Source of the DNA: Sminthopsis crassicaudata
Taxonomy: Eukaryota
Direction: 5' to 3'
Length of the DNA stretch: 64,000 bases
NCBI RefSeq assembly: GCF_048593235.1
Contig: NC_133622.1
Coordinates: forward strand, 248,810,055-248,874,054
The translations under genes and the position numbers were made by a program. This document shows positions 24,919-37,440 of the stretch, piece by piece (positions within the stretch are counted from its first letter, which is position 1; each line of letters opens with the position of its first letter). The notes beneath the pieces are model-generated. The model did not search any database and was not told where the DNA came from. It saw only the letters and a program-made list of their open reading frames with translations.

Positions 24919-25299
24919 ACGCGCCCCCGCCCCGCCCGGACCCCCTGCGAACCCCGGCCCCTCCCCCAGGCTCTAGAAGCACGAGGGCCGAGCCGCCCGC
25001 CCCGCCTCTGCTCCCAGCCAGGACCGCTCCGAGGAGGGCCGGGCGCCTGAGGGAGGCTCGCGCCTGGTGGGGGGTCATTGGGAGGCGGAATAAAAGCACT
25101 CGCTCTCGGAGGGGCTCTGGCGTCGCCTTTATTCAACCCAACCAGACGAGCCCCGACTGCGGGGGCCCCGAGCCGCGGGAGGGGCCGGGGCGGGATGGGA
25201 GCCGCCGGACAGACCCCCCCCCCCCCCGCAGAGAGAGGGCGTGGAGGAGGCGGGGCAGGGGAGTGCGGGGGCGGGGCGAGCCCCCGAGAAGGGAGGAGC

Positions 25300-25760
25300 A
25301 GGGAGTCCCCCCACCGCGGAACTGCGAAGCGGGCGGGGCGACCCACCGATGGGGGGAAAGGGGCGGGCACAACATGGCCGCCCCCATAGCGCGCCTTCTC
25401 CCAAAATGGCCGCCGCCACATGGCCCCGCCCGAGCGTGCAGAGCGCGTTCCCGGACGACTCCATTCTTAAAATGGCAGCGCCCAAGCTAGCTTCCCTGTC
25501 CCCGACAAGGTCCACCCCGCGTCCGTGCTCAAAATGGCGGCCCTCCGCCCCCACCCCCGCGGACTGCGGCAAGAAGGCCATGGGCGGGGCCGCCCGCAGG
25601 GAGTGGCCCCGCCCCTTCTGCGGAAAACTGCGGCGAGGCCGCGCGTGCGCATTACGCAGTCTGCGCTGGCAGTCAGCCGCCGGTGGTCCTTCGGTTTCCT
25701 TGGAGACCGGAGATCGAGCCCCGAAGGGAAGCGGCATCCAAGGGGACCACACAGAACACG
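25300..25760. promoter_or_regulatory. CpG-rich element with four YY1-type motifs and GC boxes
   Basis: AACATGGCCGCC 25371, AAAATGGCCGCC 25403, AAAATGGCAGCG 25469, AAAATGGCGGCC 25531; possibly equivalent to the human upstream BSCL2 promoter. Confidence 0.55.
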
Positions 25761-28076
25761 AGTCCCGAAAAGGAAATACTGAGGGTGGGGGTCTTAGTCT
25801 GGGCGCCAAGTCCTCCCCCTGCCTCTCCCTTTCTTCCCTCATTTCCCCGCTGGGGCCCAGAGGCAAGCACCAGGTTGACCTCCCAAGGACTCCGGGGTCT
25901 GTGCCTGGAGTCTCGGGGGCACCGACCCCCCAAACGATGCTGCCCATTTCTGGAGTGACCGACGGTCAGGATCTGATTTAAAAGCCTGCCCCCCCTGCAG
26001 ATCCCGAGGAGGGGGGCAGGGAGGCTGGGGGCTCACCCCTCCTCCCCCTCGCCCTGATGATCTGGCAAGGTCTGCCCCCGGGCTGGCTAGGTGGGGCTCA
26101 GAACCTGGGGGGGGCTGGGGGCTGGGCCCCGGGGGCCATCCAGTGAAGAGCAAGTCGGGCGGCCAAGAGCCGGGGAATTCATTCCAGTGACTGATTGTAA
26201 CGCCAGAACCCGGTAAAGAACGGAGGGAAAGTTAACAGCTGCAAGCGACGACACATGACATTTTTTCCTTCGTTTACTGGCCGTGTCCAGGAACATTTTA
26301 CAGGTTCTGGGAAACGATTCACAGGCTGTTATTTTTCTCACAAGCTTTTCCATCTACAGCAACCACGACATTCAGAACAAAACACAAACGTTCTGGAACG
26401 AACAAGGCCCAGATGCCTTCTGTTACCATTATCTGCGGGGGTTGGTTTCCCTTAGAATTAATATTTTTACATCAGACATTTACTGTTTTGCCAAAGGTTC
26501 CTGGGCTCTGAACTGACATGGGGGCAGGGGTTATTTTCCTCTCCAGAAGCTTTTGCACAAATAGCCTTTTTCCTGGCTTTCCCCTTGAATCCCCTCAGTC
26601 CCCGCCAGCCCTCAGATCCCATTCCTTCCCCCGGCGCTTCACAAAGGACACAGATAAAGAAAAGCAAGGTGGGGATCAGAACTTGGGGTCAGTGCAGCCA
26701 GCGTGGCCGCCAGGCTCCGTCACCAACTCTTACGTAGCAGTATCTAGGGACCAGGTGCCCCTTCAGCAGCTCCTGACTGACGCCGGGTTGGGGGCACAGG
26801 GTCTGCCGAGGACAAATGGGAAGAACTAAGCCAGGGCTCGGCTTCATGCCAACGGTCTTAGTGCAACAGAAGGAGATGGGAAGACAAAGCCTTTCCCCTA
26901 TAACTATGCAGACAGGGCAGCGCCGGGGGAGTGGGAGGGAACCCACAGCCCCCACACCAGCCTCGGCAGCTGAACAGGAAGGGAGCCTCAGGCTAGCCCT
27001 CCACAATCTCCAACAGCTTTATCCCTTTTTATAAAGAGCCAACGGACAAGGGAAAATCAACAATAAATTGCTGCCCACTGAAATCTCCCACATGCACACT
27101 CTACTCATCTCAGCCTGGCAGCCCACTTCCTCCCCGAGCCCCTTTCCTGGGTCGGCTGTGCCTCGATGGGAGAGAATGACCTTTTCCACAGAGTACTGAA
27201 TGGGAGCTGGCTGCTCACACAAGATTCCTTCTGGCCACCTCATGCACCAACGGACTCGAGAATCCCGCTGCATTTGCTTGGGACACCCTGAGAAAAGTCC
27301 CTGCCTCCGACTACTCCAGAAGGTGGACACTGCCCCGGAGTGACTTCTAAGGGCACCCCGGCATCACCTTGGAAGACAGAGATGGGCACGGGCAATCTGG
27401 ACTCTCCATGCTAGCCCAGCATCCCCACTCACCAAGCTTTCCAGAAAATTCAGTGACAGACATAAAGAACCAAACACCTCTGCTGCAGACCCAAGCAGGC
27501 CTTGCCCACCTCTGTAAGTCACCTAACGGACACTTTCTGTGCCATGGCCAACGGCACAAAGACAAGAGACGGAGAGGACGTGCTGGCCTCCGGCCCACCG
27601 GGCCGGACATCCCAAGAGGAAAAGGTCGGTAAAGAAAATACAAGCGGTTAGTGGTGCGAATGATTGACAAGATCCAATCGTTTATTTTCACTGCCCCCGT
27701 CCCAACCTCTCCCTCCGTCCCCAGTGCCAGCCCTCAGGATCTCTCCCCTGCCTCACTGCCAGCCCAGCTGCCTCAGGATGTCAGGAGCCAGGGGAACCCA
27801 TCACCTGTCTAGTCCCATTCCTTACAAGGGCAAGACAGGCATCCCTAGGGCTGTATTATGCGCAAAGGTTTTTGATTACAAATGTCTAACTAAGTTTGAA
27901 ATGTTTTATAGAATAAGACAATATTCTTTTCAACAAACTTTTTTAAAAAAATGTACAGTTTTTCTTGGTTTGCCTTCTCCCCCTTCCTTCCCCCCCCAGC
28001 CCATTTCTCATTGGTTGTGTCTCGGGGGGGCCCGAGGCTGCGGTCCTTGTGGCCAGTGGCGCCTGGGGCTGGGACT

Positions 28077-31000
28077 TCACCGATACCCTTGGTAGCCATA
28101 GTAGTTCCTGTAGTATCGGTCTCGGTCCTGGTAGTAGTAGCTCTGCCACTGGAAGAGAGGGAAGAGCCCAGTCAGCCAGGGTCGGTCGCCGAGCCTCTCC
28201 CTCCTGGATCTAGGCTCCCCTCGCCCACTCACCTCCCGGTTGTACTGCCTGTAGTAATCCCTGTATCGGTTGTAGTCGTAGTCCCGGCCGTAGAATCGAT
28301 CGTAATCTCCTCGGTATCGGTCATAGAAGTTACGGTAACCCTGAGGGAGTGGAGAGGGCGGAAGGGTAAGGAGCGCTCGGGGCCGCCCGGCACCTCGGCC
28401 GGAGCAGAGATGGCCGTTTCCCAGCTAGCCCCCCCAAAGCAGCAGAAATCCCATCGGCACACGCAGCCAGCAGGCGATACAGATGCACGGGAGCTCGCCC
28501 TCGAGGAGCTTAGCCCACGGTCCTGCCAGGAGGGAGCAGCTGGAGGAGAGCTACACTCACCCCTCTGCTTCCAGACTGCCCCCAGTACTGCTGCCCATAG
28601 GCCCGGTTGTCGTAGCCCCGGCGCTGCCCGCCGACTGGAAGAGAAACGGACAACAGCTCTCAGACAGGCGCCCGGGGCTCTTGGCTGGGGTCAGCCCCCC
28701 GAAGGACCCCCTGGCCCTGGAAAGCTCCTCCCTAACTTGTACCAGTCTCGGGAGGGCAGAGCAATGGCCTGGCGGGCCGAGGGATCAACTCCTTCACTTA
28801 GAGAAAAACGAGTGAGAGGCAGCCGGGCAGGGCGTCCATTCCAGTCGCCAATGAATCTTCAAACCCTTCTTCCCCAACCTCGGTTTCCTCCAAGAGCAGA
28901 GAAGCCCTTCCTGACCCCCGGGGGCAGGTGAGACCAGCAGAGTCCCTTTCCCTGGAGCCTCCTCATGCAAGGAGGAGCAGAGAGCACTCCCGGACTGGGC
29001 CCGCGCCCCTCCTTCCTTTCTGCCCCGTGGCCCAGCCATCCGGCTGCCGGCAGCGGCCCCTGCTCACCGTATCCTTGGCCGCGACTGCGGCTCTGCCGGT
29101 TGCGCTTGTTGCGGTTGTTGCGGCGGTTTGTCCGCTTCTCAGAAGGGGGCAGCAGCTTCCTCGCCTCCTCTTTGTATCTGGTGACCAGAGGCTGGGCCTC
29201 CTCCTTCTCCAGTTCCCCAAAGGTCACCTCCTCCATATAGTCACATTTTTCAGGCAGAGAGAAGTTGGCTACAAGTATTTACAAAAGGGGGGTGGGAGGC
29301 TCAGAGTAGAGAATGTGATCTGGGTCTTTTTTTCTTCCCAGAAAATCTTCTTGAAAATCCCAGAATACAGCGGGCTCCTCCCCACCAGCCTGGCACCTAT
29401 AAAACTCCCCCGACTCAACACATACTCAACGTTATCCACGGTTGGCCCTCAATTTGAGTTAGCCACGAGGAAGGCCCTGTGCAAGGCGAGCACGACCTCA
29501 AACCTCGGCCCCCGGCTTCCTCCTGCCATCTGGGACTCCCATCTCTAGCTCCAACAAAGCTGGGACTTCTGTGCTTTTAGGAATAAAGTGACCTAAACTG
29601 CCCCGCAGCCAGAAGCTGCATCGACTCTTGGAAGGCCAACCTTCCAAGAAGGGCCCTTGGCTCCAGCCAGGCCGCCCAGGGCAGGCAGGGCCCCTCTTCG
29701 AGGGCAGCGCAGCCACTGTTTTTAGGCCAACTCCCTTTCATGCCTCTTCCTCAACATCTTGACAGACTGAGACAGACATCCCACTAAGAAGATAAACTGA
29801 TCGAGGCCTCGGCCACGGCCTTGCTCCGGGAACAAAGACCCAGGTCCTTTAGGGAGCGTGCCGTTAGAGGGAAGCCCTACAGCGACCACCTGAGCGTTCT
29901 TATTTGCCCATCTCAGTTTAACATAACCTAACCTCCCATCGTTCCACGTCCTGCTGACCACTTTCTTCAGAACCACAATCGGGCTCAGAAAGACACCTAA
30001 GCCCGGGGCTCTCTGGACCCAAGCGGCAGAAACACTCACCGTGGCTGCAGTTCCCTGAGACCATCCGTCGGCCTGGCTGGAGGCTCCCAGGAAGGGCTGG
30101 GGCTGTTTCAGCTCTCAGCCAAACAGCAGAAGCCCTAACGAGCAGCCTCAAGGCTGCCTCCAGGCCGGAGCTTCCCCTCATTTCAATTACTGCCACCTAC
30201 TAAGCTCATCCCCAGGAAACCCGTCCAGGCCGGGGCCTGCCTGCCGCCTGGCTCTTCTCCCTTCGGCTCCATTCTGGGTTTCCGGAGCTCCTTCGGCCGC
30301 TAAGTTGGTGGGAGCCCACCAGGGAGGACGGAACCCCAGTGCACACCTTTCATCTCCAGCATTACAGTGTCCGGCACGTCGTCTCCCTCCGCCTCCTTCC
30401 TCAGCTCCAGCCTCTTTTTCCAGTCCTCTTCGTTGGGGACGATCACCACGACTTTCCGGGAGAAGGTCTTAAAGAGCAGCAGCTTCCGCCGCTGGCCGGA
30501 GTTGTACACGTTACACTGGGGACGTGAGCACAAGGCACGCCTGCTTACTCGGGCTTTCTGGCAGCGGCTGCCCAGCAGACCGGCCTGAAGCTCAGGAACC
30601 TGCTCCTTGCCCAGACAGCTCAGGGACGGGGGCGGGCACATGACGAGGGTCTTGGAGCCGGGCCCAGGAAGGCCGAAAAGGGCTCGCAGGGGAATACCTG
30701 ATCCAGGATGATGTTTCTCTTTGTCCTTGAAGCCACCTGGACCAGCTTGCTAAGGCACTGGGAGGCTTGCTGCACTAAAAGGTCCCGGCTCTTGGGGTCC
30801 ATCTCTGGCTCCTCAGGCCCCTTCATCTGACAAGGAAACAAACACAACAGGTCTTCCTCTCCACCACGGCCCTTCAGACCTGCTCCCAGGCTCCCAGGAA
30901 CAGGAGCAGTCTGGGCTTCTCGAGGCTGTGGGGCACTGCTGCCCAAGCCCACCGGGGGTACTCCCCACTTACCCGCATCTGATTGAGCACAGTCTCAGCT

Positions 31001-34000
31001 CCCAGGACGTTGTATCTTTTCTCAGGGTTATCTTGTGCATATTTCAACGCCCATTGGGTCTTTCCAGATCCAGGTAGTCCCACCATCAGTAACACCTGTG
31101 AGGTTACAGCACCAAGTTTGGAGGGGGAAGACAAAGCCCAGAAGGGAAGTGTTCCCTGGGTGTGGATGGGCCCAATCCCCCCCCCCTGGAGTAGCTAAGC
31201 TCAAGGACACTGGGTGCCATCCCCGGGGCCCCCCTGCTCCCACCTCGCACTCCTGCGTGGTCTTGGGCGGCAGCACCGTCCGAACCCGCTCTTCCACGGG
31301 CACAGCATGGATGAACACAAACTCCTCAGGAGGGGGGAAGAAGGGCTCCTCCTTCTGGCCAAAGTTGAGCTCCACCACACAGTTTTTGCAGAGGACGTGA
31401 GGCAGGAGGGCCCGCTCGCTCAGGGACTCCTTGCTGACCCGGAAAGCCACACCCAAATCATCTCCGTTTTTAGAGAAAGAGAGCTCCACTTCCTCGCTCC
31501 CAAAATTCTGTGATGGACAAGGACAAGCAACAGAGCACGGCTTGAGCTACTTGCTCAGCGTCCCAGGACAAGGAGGAAAAACGCTTCTGCAGCTGCGCTC
31601 TCCCTTTGTCAACTTGTGGCACAAAGCCCCTCATTAGCAGCGCAGGGGCTGGCAGGGAGCAAGCCCCCTGGCAGTCGGGAGGACGGGCACCCCGCAGAGA
31701 GGGAGCGCACTGCCCGGCGTCCTTCCCCCGGCACCATGCCCTTGTGGCCTACAGCCTTCAATCAATGGACTGCTCTCACAAAGACTTACAGCAAAGCAGC
31801 CAATGACATCATTTTCCCCAAAGGCCTGGCCATATTCCTCAAACTGCCCATTTTCTGCCTTTAGCCCCCGGCCATCGAAGCCATAAGAAAATTCATCTTC
31901 ACCTAGAACAGAGGAGCAGAGTTACCTCCCCGGAAGATGCCCTCCCCCTCCAACGTCCCACACGGGAGACTTGCTCCAGTTACGAGGGGAAGGGAAAAGG
32001 GATTTTACCAAGTTGTGGACAGGAGAAGTCAACAGACCATCCGACTCGAAGAAGAGAAGCCTCAGTGCAGCCTTCCTTCAGGGGCAGGTTCTGGGTCACC
32101 TGTGCGGGCCAAAAAGGGAAGCCTCAGCTACCTGGAGCCCCGCCCCCAGGGCCGGCTCCCCACCCTGCCAACTGCTGCCCGCCAGCTCTGGCGCCAGAGG
32201 GGAGCCGGCGGGCACACGGGGAAGGGGAGAGGAGGAGGAACGATCCTCACGAGCTGCCGCCCCACCTTGGCCTCAAAACAGACTTTGCCCTTTGTGACTC
32301 CATAGGTGCTCCTGGCTCCCGACCAGAGGGTGGGGAATTTCTCGGAGAAGAGCGGCTGGCCCCCGTAACGGTCCTTGCTGACTTGGAAATGGAGGTCCGA
32401 GGTATCTGTGGGGAAGGAGGAGATGGCGTAACTCCAGCAGCACAGGCCGCCCCCGATCCCGCCGCCCCTCCAAGGCCGAGCCTCCTGAGCCCCTCGGGGC
32501 CCGGCGACAGTGCACTCCTGAAGCCAGAGAGGAGACCGGAGGTCCCGGGGCCACCGCCTCCTACGTACACGTGTCTAGGTTCACGAGGGTCGGGTCCTCT
32601 TCCTCATCTCTGGCCTCTTCTTCAGGGGGCGGGGGAGACTTTGAACTACACGAGAGAAAAACAGCACCCCGTGACCCACCACGTCCACGTCTCCGACGGG
32701 TCTTGAGCTCGAGTCCATTTCAAGGGGAGCATGCGAAATCTCGGCAGGAGGAGCCAGTGAAGCCCCTCAGATCCAACTCGTTCAGTCAGCAGCCCCTCTA
32801 GGTCTCGTGGCCAAGGCAGGAATGCCAGGGGCTCAAAGGGGAGCTCCCTCTTACCGACTGTGATAAGCCTCTTCTCGAAACTCATAGTAAGCCCTGCCGT
32901 GCTCTTCCTTCTCGTCCCGCTGCCTCTTTACCCCACGACGCTCTCCCTCTGAACCCGTGGGTTTTGACTTCTCACTCTGCTCATCTCCTACAGAAAGGAT
33001 GGAAAAGGAACAATTTTCACTGAAAAAAAAAACCAAGCCTCCTAATTCTACCCACCAATCAATCCCCCGGAAGTCGCCTCAGTGCCTCCCCAATGAAAGG
33101 ACACCTTGTCACCACTGTCTAGAACGTGATGACTTTATGTGCTAGAGACTGATGATAAAATAAAAAAGGAAGTTGAGAATTCTTGGTCTTTTTATTTTTT
33201 TCACCCATCTGCCCAAATTAACTCGGACAGAAATGCATGTCTTTAAACTTGGGACAGTACAAACTGTCCAGAGCAGCACAGCAAAGGTCAAGGGCTCGGA
33301 CAACTGATTGGGTTGAACTCTACTCGGGATTCTAGCCGGACAGGTTAGTTCTAACAGCTTACCGACGAGCTAGCCTCAATTAAATACAAAATCCCTTCCC
33401 CCAATTCCAAAATGTGTGGCCACAGCTTCCCTACAAATAGCAGGTGGATCCAGGTGCACGAGACAAGGCTGTATTTTTAACATGGTTTTTTAGTCAATGT
33501 TGTGAGGGCAAAGCCTAAGTCACAAGAAACCCATAAATAATCCTGCAGATTTGGTGCCCACAATCTGGGGCAGGAAGATGCTTTTTCAACTTTAGCACCC
33601 GATTATTAATTTTTTTTAATGATAAACTAGATTTTTAAAAAATCCCCGATGACACATCAGTCCGATAGAACCTCATTTACGCTCTATTAATTGGACTGCA
33701 GGTACCTGAGCCTTCCTATGACTGCTGGAAACTAAATAATTTATGTTCCGGCCCCTGAGTGTTGATCGACCACGCCATGGTGCTTTTTCTTTATTTGTCT
33801 TATCTCTAGTGCAGAGGGCAGAATACCACAAATAGCAGCTGCTTAATTAGTCCGTCCCCTGGACCCTGTTTTTATTTAGAAAGGCTCCACATCACGATAA
33901 CCACCGAGAGATCGGCCGCGTCAAAGAGCTGGCCCTGGCTCAGAGGCATTTCCGACCCCAAGTCCACCTTGCACGGCCCACTTGGAGTTAGCTCCCACAT

Positions 34001-35872
34001 CCTGCTGGACTCTGACATGTTGACAGAACCAGCCAATCACCTCCGATGCTGAAAGGTCGTCACCTCCCGGGGAAAACCTGCCCGCTCCTCCCGTCGGCCA
34101 CCCCCGGGCACCTCGATCAGCTACGTTTCAAGGAGCTTTCAGAAACCCCCATCATTTAAAAGAAAACCTCACTGGCGTGAACCCACCATGAACACGCTCA
34201 TCTGCTATCTCGATGCAAAGGTTGGCAGGTGAAGGGGAGGGGAGGTAAAGCTCAAAGTCAGTAACAGTAACTACCCTGCCCCCGAGCAATCCATCCAGTC
34301 CCTCTCTTAACTATTAAACCCGATACCCCCGTTGGGAGGCGCCCGGCAGAGGCGCTGCTGCCGCCCCGTTGCCATGGGTTTCCTGACTGCCCAGATGCCG
34401 GGCTCCGTAGGGACCTGAGGGATGAGCTGGTCAGGGAAACCCCATTTCCCCCAATAAACCTCCCCGCCCGGGGACTCCAGAAGGCCGGGAGCTCCACAGG
34501 TGTCCAGGCAGTTCCAGGACAGCAGCACCCACCCCAGGGTGGGAGGAGGGCCCTCAGAGGCCCAGCTGGGCCCTGCAACGGCCTCCTGGGGAGACCAGGC
34601 CCGAGAGGCTGTCCCTCGGCACCCGGAAGCTCCGAGACCTCCCGGGAGGAGGACGGCTCTGGTCCAGCCCACTGCCTGACTTACAGGAGATCCAGAGGGG
34701 CCGGGCTTGCCCGTCAAACTGCAGGATGCAGCACGGAGGGAAGGGAAATTGAGATCAGAGACCAAGAGACTTGCTGGTACAAGCACAAACTACTCCCAGA
34801 AAATGCAGGCCCTCCTCCCGGGGGAAATCAAGGCTGACAGAAGGATGGCCCCCAAATAGGCCCCAAACCACCTTCCCACCGAGTGTTTGTGGGATGAGGA
34901 CGTCGTAAAAGGGAAAGGGGGCTTAAAGACCACCCCGAGTTGCCTACAGGAAAACGAATGAACACCCCCACTGCCCAGCGCCCTCCCCGCGTTCTAGAAC
35001 AAGGAAGAGAGAGCTTCGACCTTGTGAGTCCCCCCAGCCCAGAGCCCCCTTTTGCAACAAGGTAACCAGATGCACATTTGGGATCAACCTTGCAAAACCA
35101 GTACAGCGCCCCCCTTACAACAAGGGAGACTGAGGTTCGAAAAGGCTCGACCTTGCAAAGCCCACCCCCTTTTACAGCCAAGAAACCGGGCGCGACCTTG
35201 CAAGCCCCCCAGCCCAGCGCCCCCCTTTCCATGTTCGGGGCCGACCTTGCAAGCCTCCCCCTCGCCGGCCCAGCGCGGGGTCACGGCGGGGACCCCGAGG
35301 CCCGCACGCAAACGGCTGCAGGGCTCTGCTCACCCGGCTCCTCGTCGCCTCCGGCCTTGGGGGCGGGCGCTGGGTCGAGCAGGCTGTCCGGGGCCGAGGC
35401 CGCGTCGGGCTCGGGCTCGGGTTCGGCGTCCGCGTCGCCCTGGCCGTGGCCCGGCGCGGGCTGCGGCGGTGCCGGGGACTCCGGGGGCTGCGGCTCGGGC
35501 GCTGCCATGGCCGGCGAGGCGGCTGCTGGCGGCCGGGGCTGCGCCGAGGCCCGGCCGGAGGGCTGGGGCTGAGACGCGGCGGCGGCGGCGGCGGGGGGCG
35601 GATCCTCGGCCTCGTCCTCGTCCTCCAGCAGCAGCAGCGCCGCCGCCGCGTCCTCCTCGGCCGCCCCCGCCCCCCGCTCCCCCTCCTCCCGCCGCTCGGC
35701 CCCCTCCTCCCCCTCCGCGGCGGCCGCCGCCGCGTCCTCGTCCGCGTCCTCGTCCTCGTCCGCGTCCGCGTCCTCGTCCTCGTTCGCCTCGTCGCCGCCC
35801 GGGCTCCGCACGGCCGCCGCCTCTGCCGCCACCCCCGGCCTCCCGGGCCGCGCCGCCGCCGCCGCCCCGCCC
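28077..35872 (-). CDS. HNRNPUL2: hnRNP U-like 2 (SPRY, P-loop, RG/Y-rich tail), 14 exons; start codon and SAP domain in the N gap
   Basis: Exons: gap-35334, 32987-32855, 32645-32569, 32405-32266, 32099-32009, 31902-31790, 31507-31244, 31095-30973, 30826-30698, 30515-30347, 29268-29068, 28634-28561, 28340-28233, 28148-28077, all GT-AG in phase. Walker A GLPGSGKT; C-terminus YYRNYYGYQGYR*. Confidence 0.96.
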
Positions 35873-36047
35873 NNNNNNNNNNNNNNNNNNNNNNNNNNNN
35901 NNNNNNNNNNNNNNNNNNNNNNNNNNNNNNNNNNNNNNNNNNNNNNNNNNNNNNNNNNNNNNNNNNNNNNNNNNNNNNNNNNNNNNNNNNNNNNNNNNNN
36001 NNNNNNNNNNNNNNNNNNNNNNNNNNNNNNNNNNNNNNNNNNNNNNN
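35873..36047. other. Assembly gap (175 N) covering the HNRNPUL2 ATG
   Basis: Run of N inside very GC-rich exon 1. Confidence 1.
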
Positions 36048-36049
36048 CC

Positions 36050-37440
36050 GCCTCCTCCCTCCTCCTCCTCCCCCCTTTTCGCCCCCCCGCGAACCGTCGG
36101 CCCTGTCCCAGCGCGCAGGCGCAGGGCCTGCCGCCGCCGGGGCCGGCCGCCTCCCGCGCGCCGGGGCCGGGGCCCGTTCGGGCACGCGCTCCCGGGAAAC
36201 TGGGGGCCGGCGGCTCGACGCCGGGTACTCCCGGCCGGCGACCATCCCGGCCGTGCCCCCGACCCTCCTTTCTCTCTCCGGGCCTATCCTGGGACCTCCG
36301 AGGGGATTCTTTTTCCACCCCTCCCTTCACGCCCCCCAAACCGCGCGCCTCCCAGGATAGGTCGGCTTTCCTCGCTTTTCCCGCCCCCTTTTCCTTCTCC
36401 ACCAATCACTGCAACGGGGTCTCTTGCCGATTTGTTTGGGTCTTGTTTTTATTGCGGCCCCTGGGAGCGGGATTAAGCCGGTTTCTACTACGGGGCTGCG
36501 GCCCTTCCTCTCCCCCACCTCCTAGCTTCTTACGTCGAGGGAAGGCTTCGGCAGCCCCTGCCCCTTGCCGCAAGGAGGAGCGGGGGCGGAGAAAATGTCA
36601 TTTTCTAGTTACAAAACTAGGGTGCGGGCCTAGCCGGTCCCCGTCTCACCCTCAGTCTGCAGGCCGGCGACACGCCCTCTGGGTTTCCCCTTTCTCCCGC
36701 CCCAAGCCCCTCTTATTGGGTGGCTCGAATCGTTCAGCCTTCATTCCCATTGGTCGGCCGGCACCGCCGGGGTTTCTTTTTTCCTCTGATTGGGTTATTC
36801 AGGCGGAGACGGTTTGTGGATTGGTCCGCGCGGAGCGCCGGCCCAGAGAAGCAGGCAGAAGGAAGGCGGCGATGCTCGAGGTTTTTAGCCCCCGGCGCGC
36901 GTGCCTCAGCTCGCGGCCGTGAGGTGATTGGACGACGGGAGCGCGCGCGCGGAGGCGCTCGGTAATCGGGCCCTCTCTGGGATCCCTGCGGGATAGGGCC
37001 GGGCCCGGTTTTTCGCGTGTGGGGTCCCACGGGAGCCCGGCCATCGCGTCTCGGCCACGTTCAGGACCTGGACGCCAGTGCCCAGGTGCCGCCTCTCTGG
37101 ACGGACGGTGGGGCCCAGTGGGGTCGCGGTGAGAGGCGAGGGGCGGTCTGTGGGGGCAGGGGCTCTGTAAGGTGGGTGCACTCCGGGCACCCAGGGCCGC
37201 TTGCTCGGCCTGAAACCCATTTAAAGTAAAGAGCGAACCACCCGCCCCCCTCTCGGTAGTCTGTCTGCCCGCTTAAGGGGGGGAGGGACTGTGTGTCCCT
37301 CGGGAGTTTCGGGGAGGAAGCCCCGCCCCCCCCCCAGGGTCGGGCGGCCGCGGGCTAGCCCCGGTGCCCCAGGGTCTCCTCCGGCCGCGGCTTCTGCAGC
37401 GTCGCCCTCTCCCCCAGTCCCGGCTGCAGCCCCAGAGCCA
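36050..37440. promoter_or_regulatory. Bidirectional CpG-island promoter HNRNPUL2/TTC9C with CCAAT-box array
   Basis: Head-to-head genes; ATTGG at 36715, 36749, 36789, 36820, 36927 and CCAAT near 36402. Confidence 0.8.

Noticed and set aside
35052-36476. 474-aa plus-strand and other ORFs spanning the gap
   Set aside because: Antisense or alternative frames of GC-rich HNRNPUL2 exon 1, read through Ns
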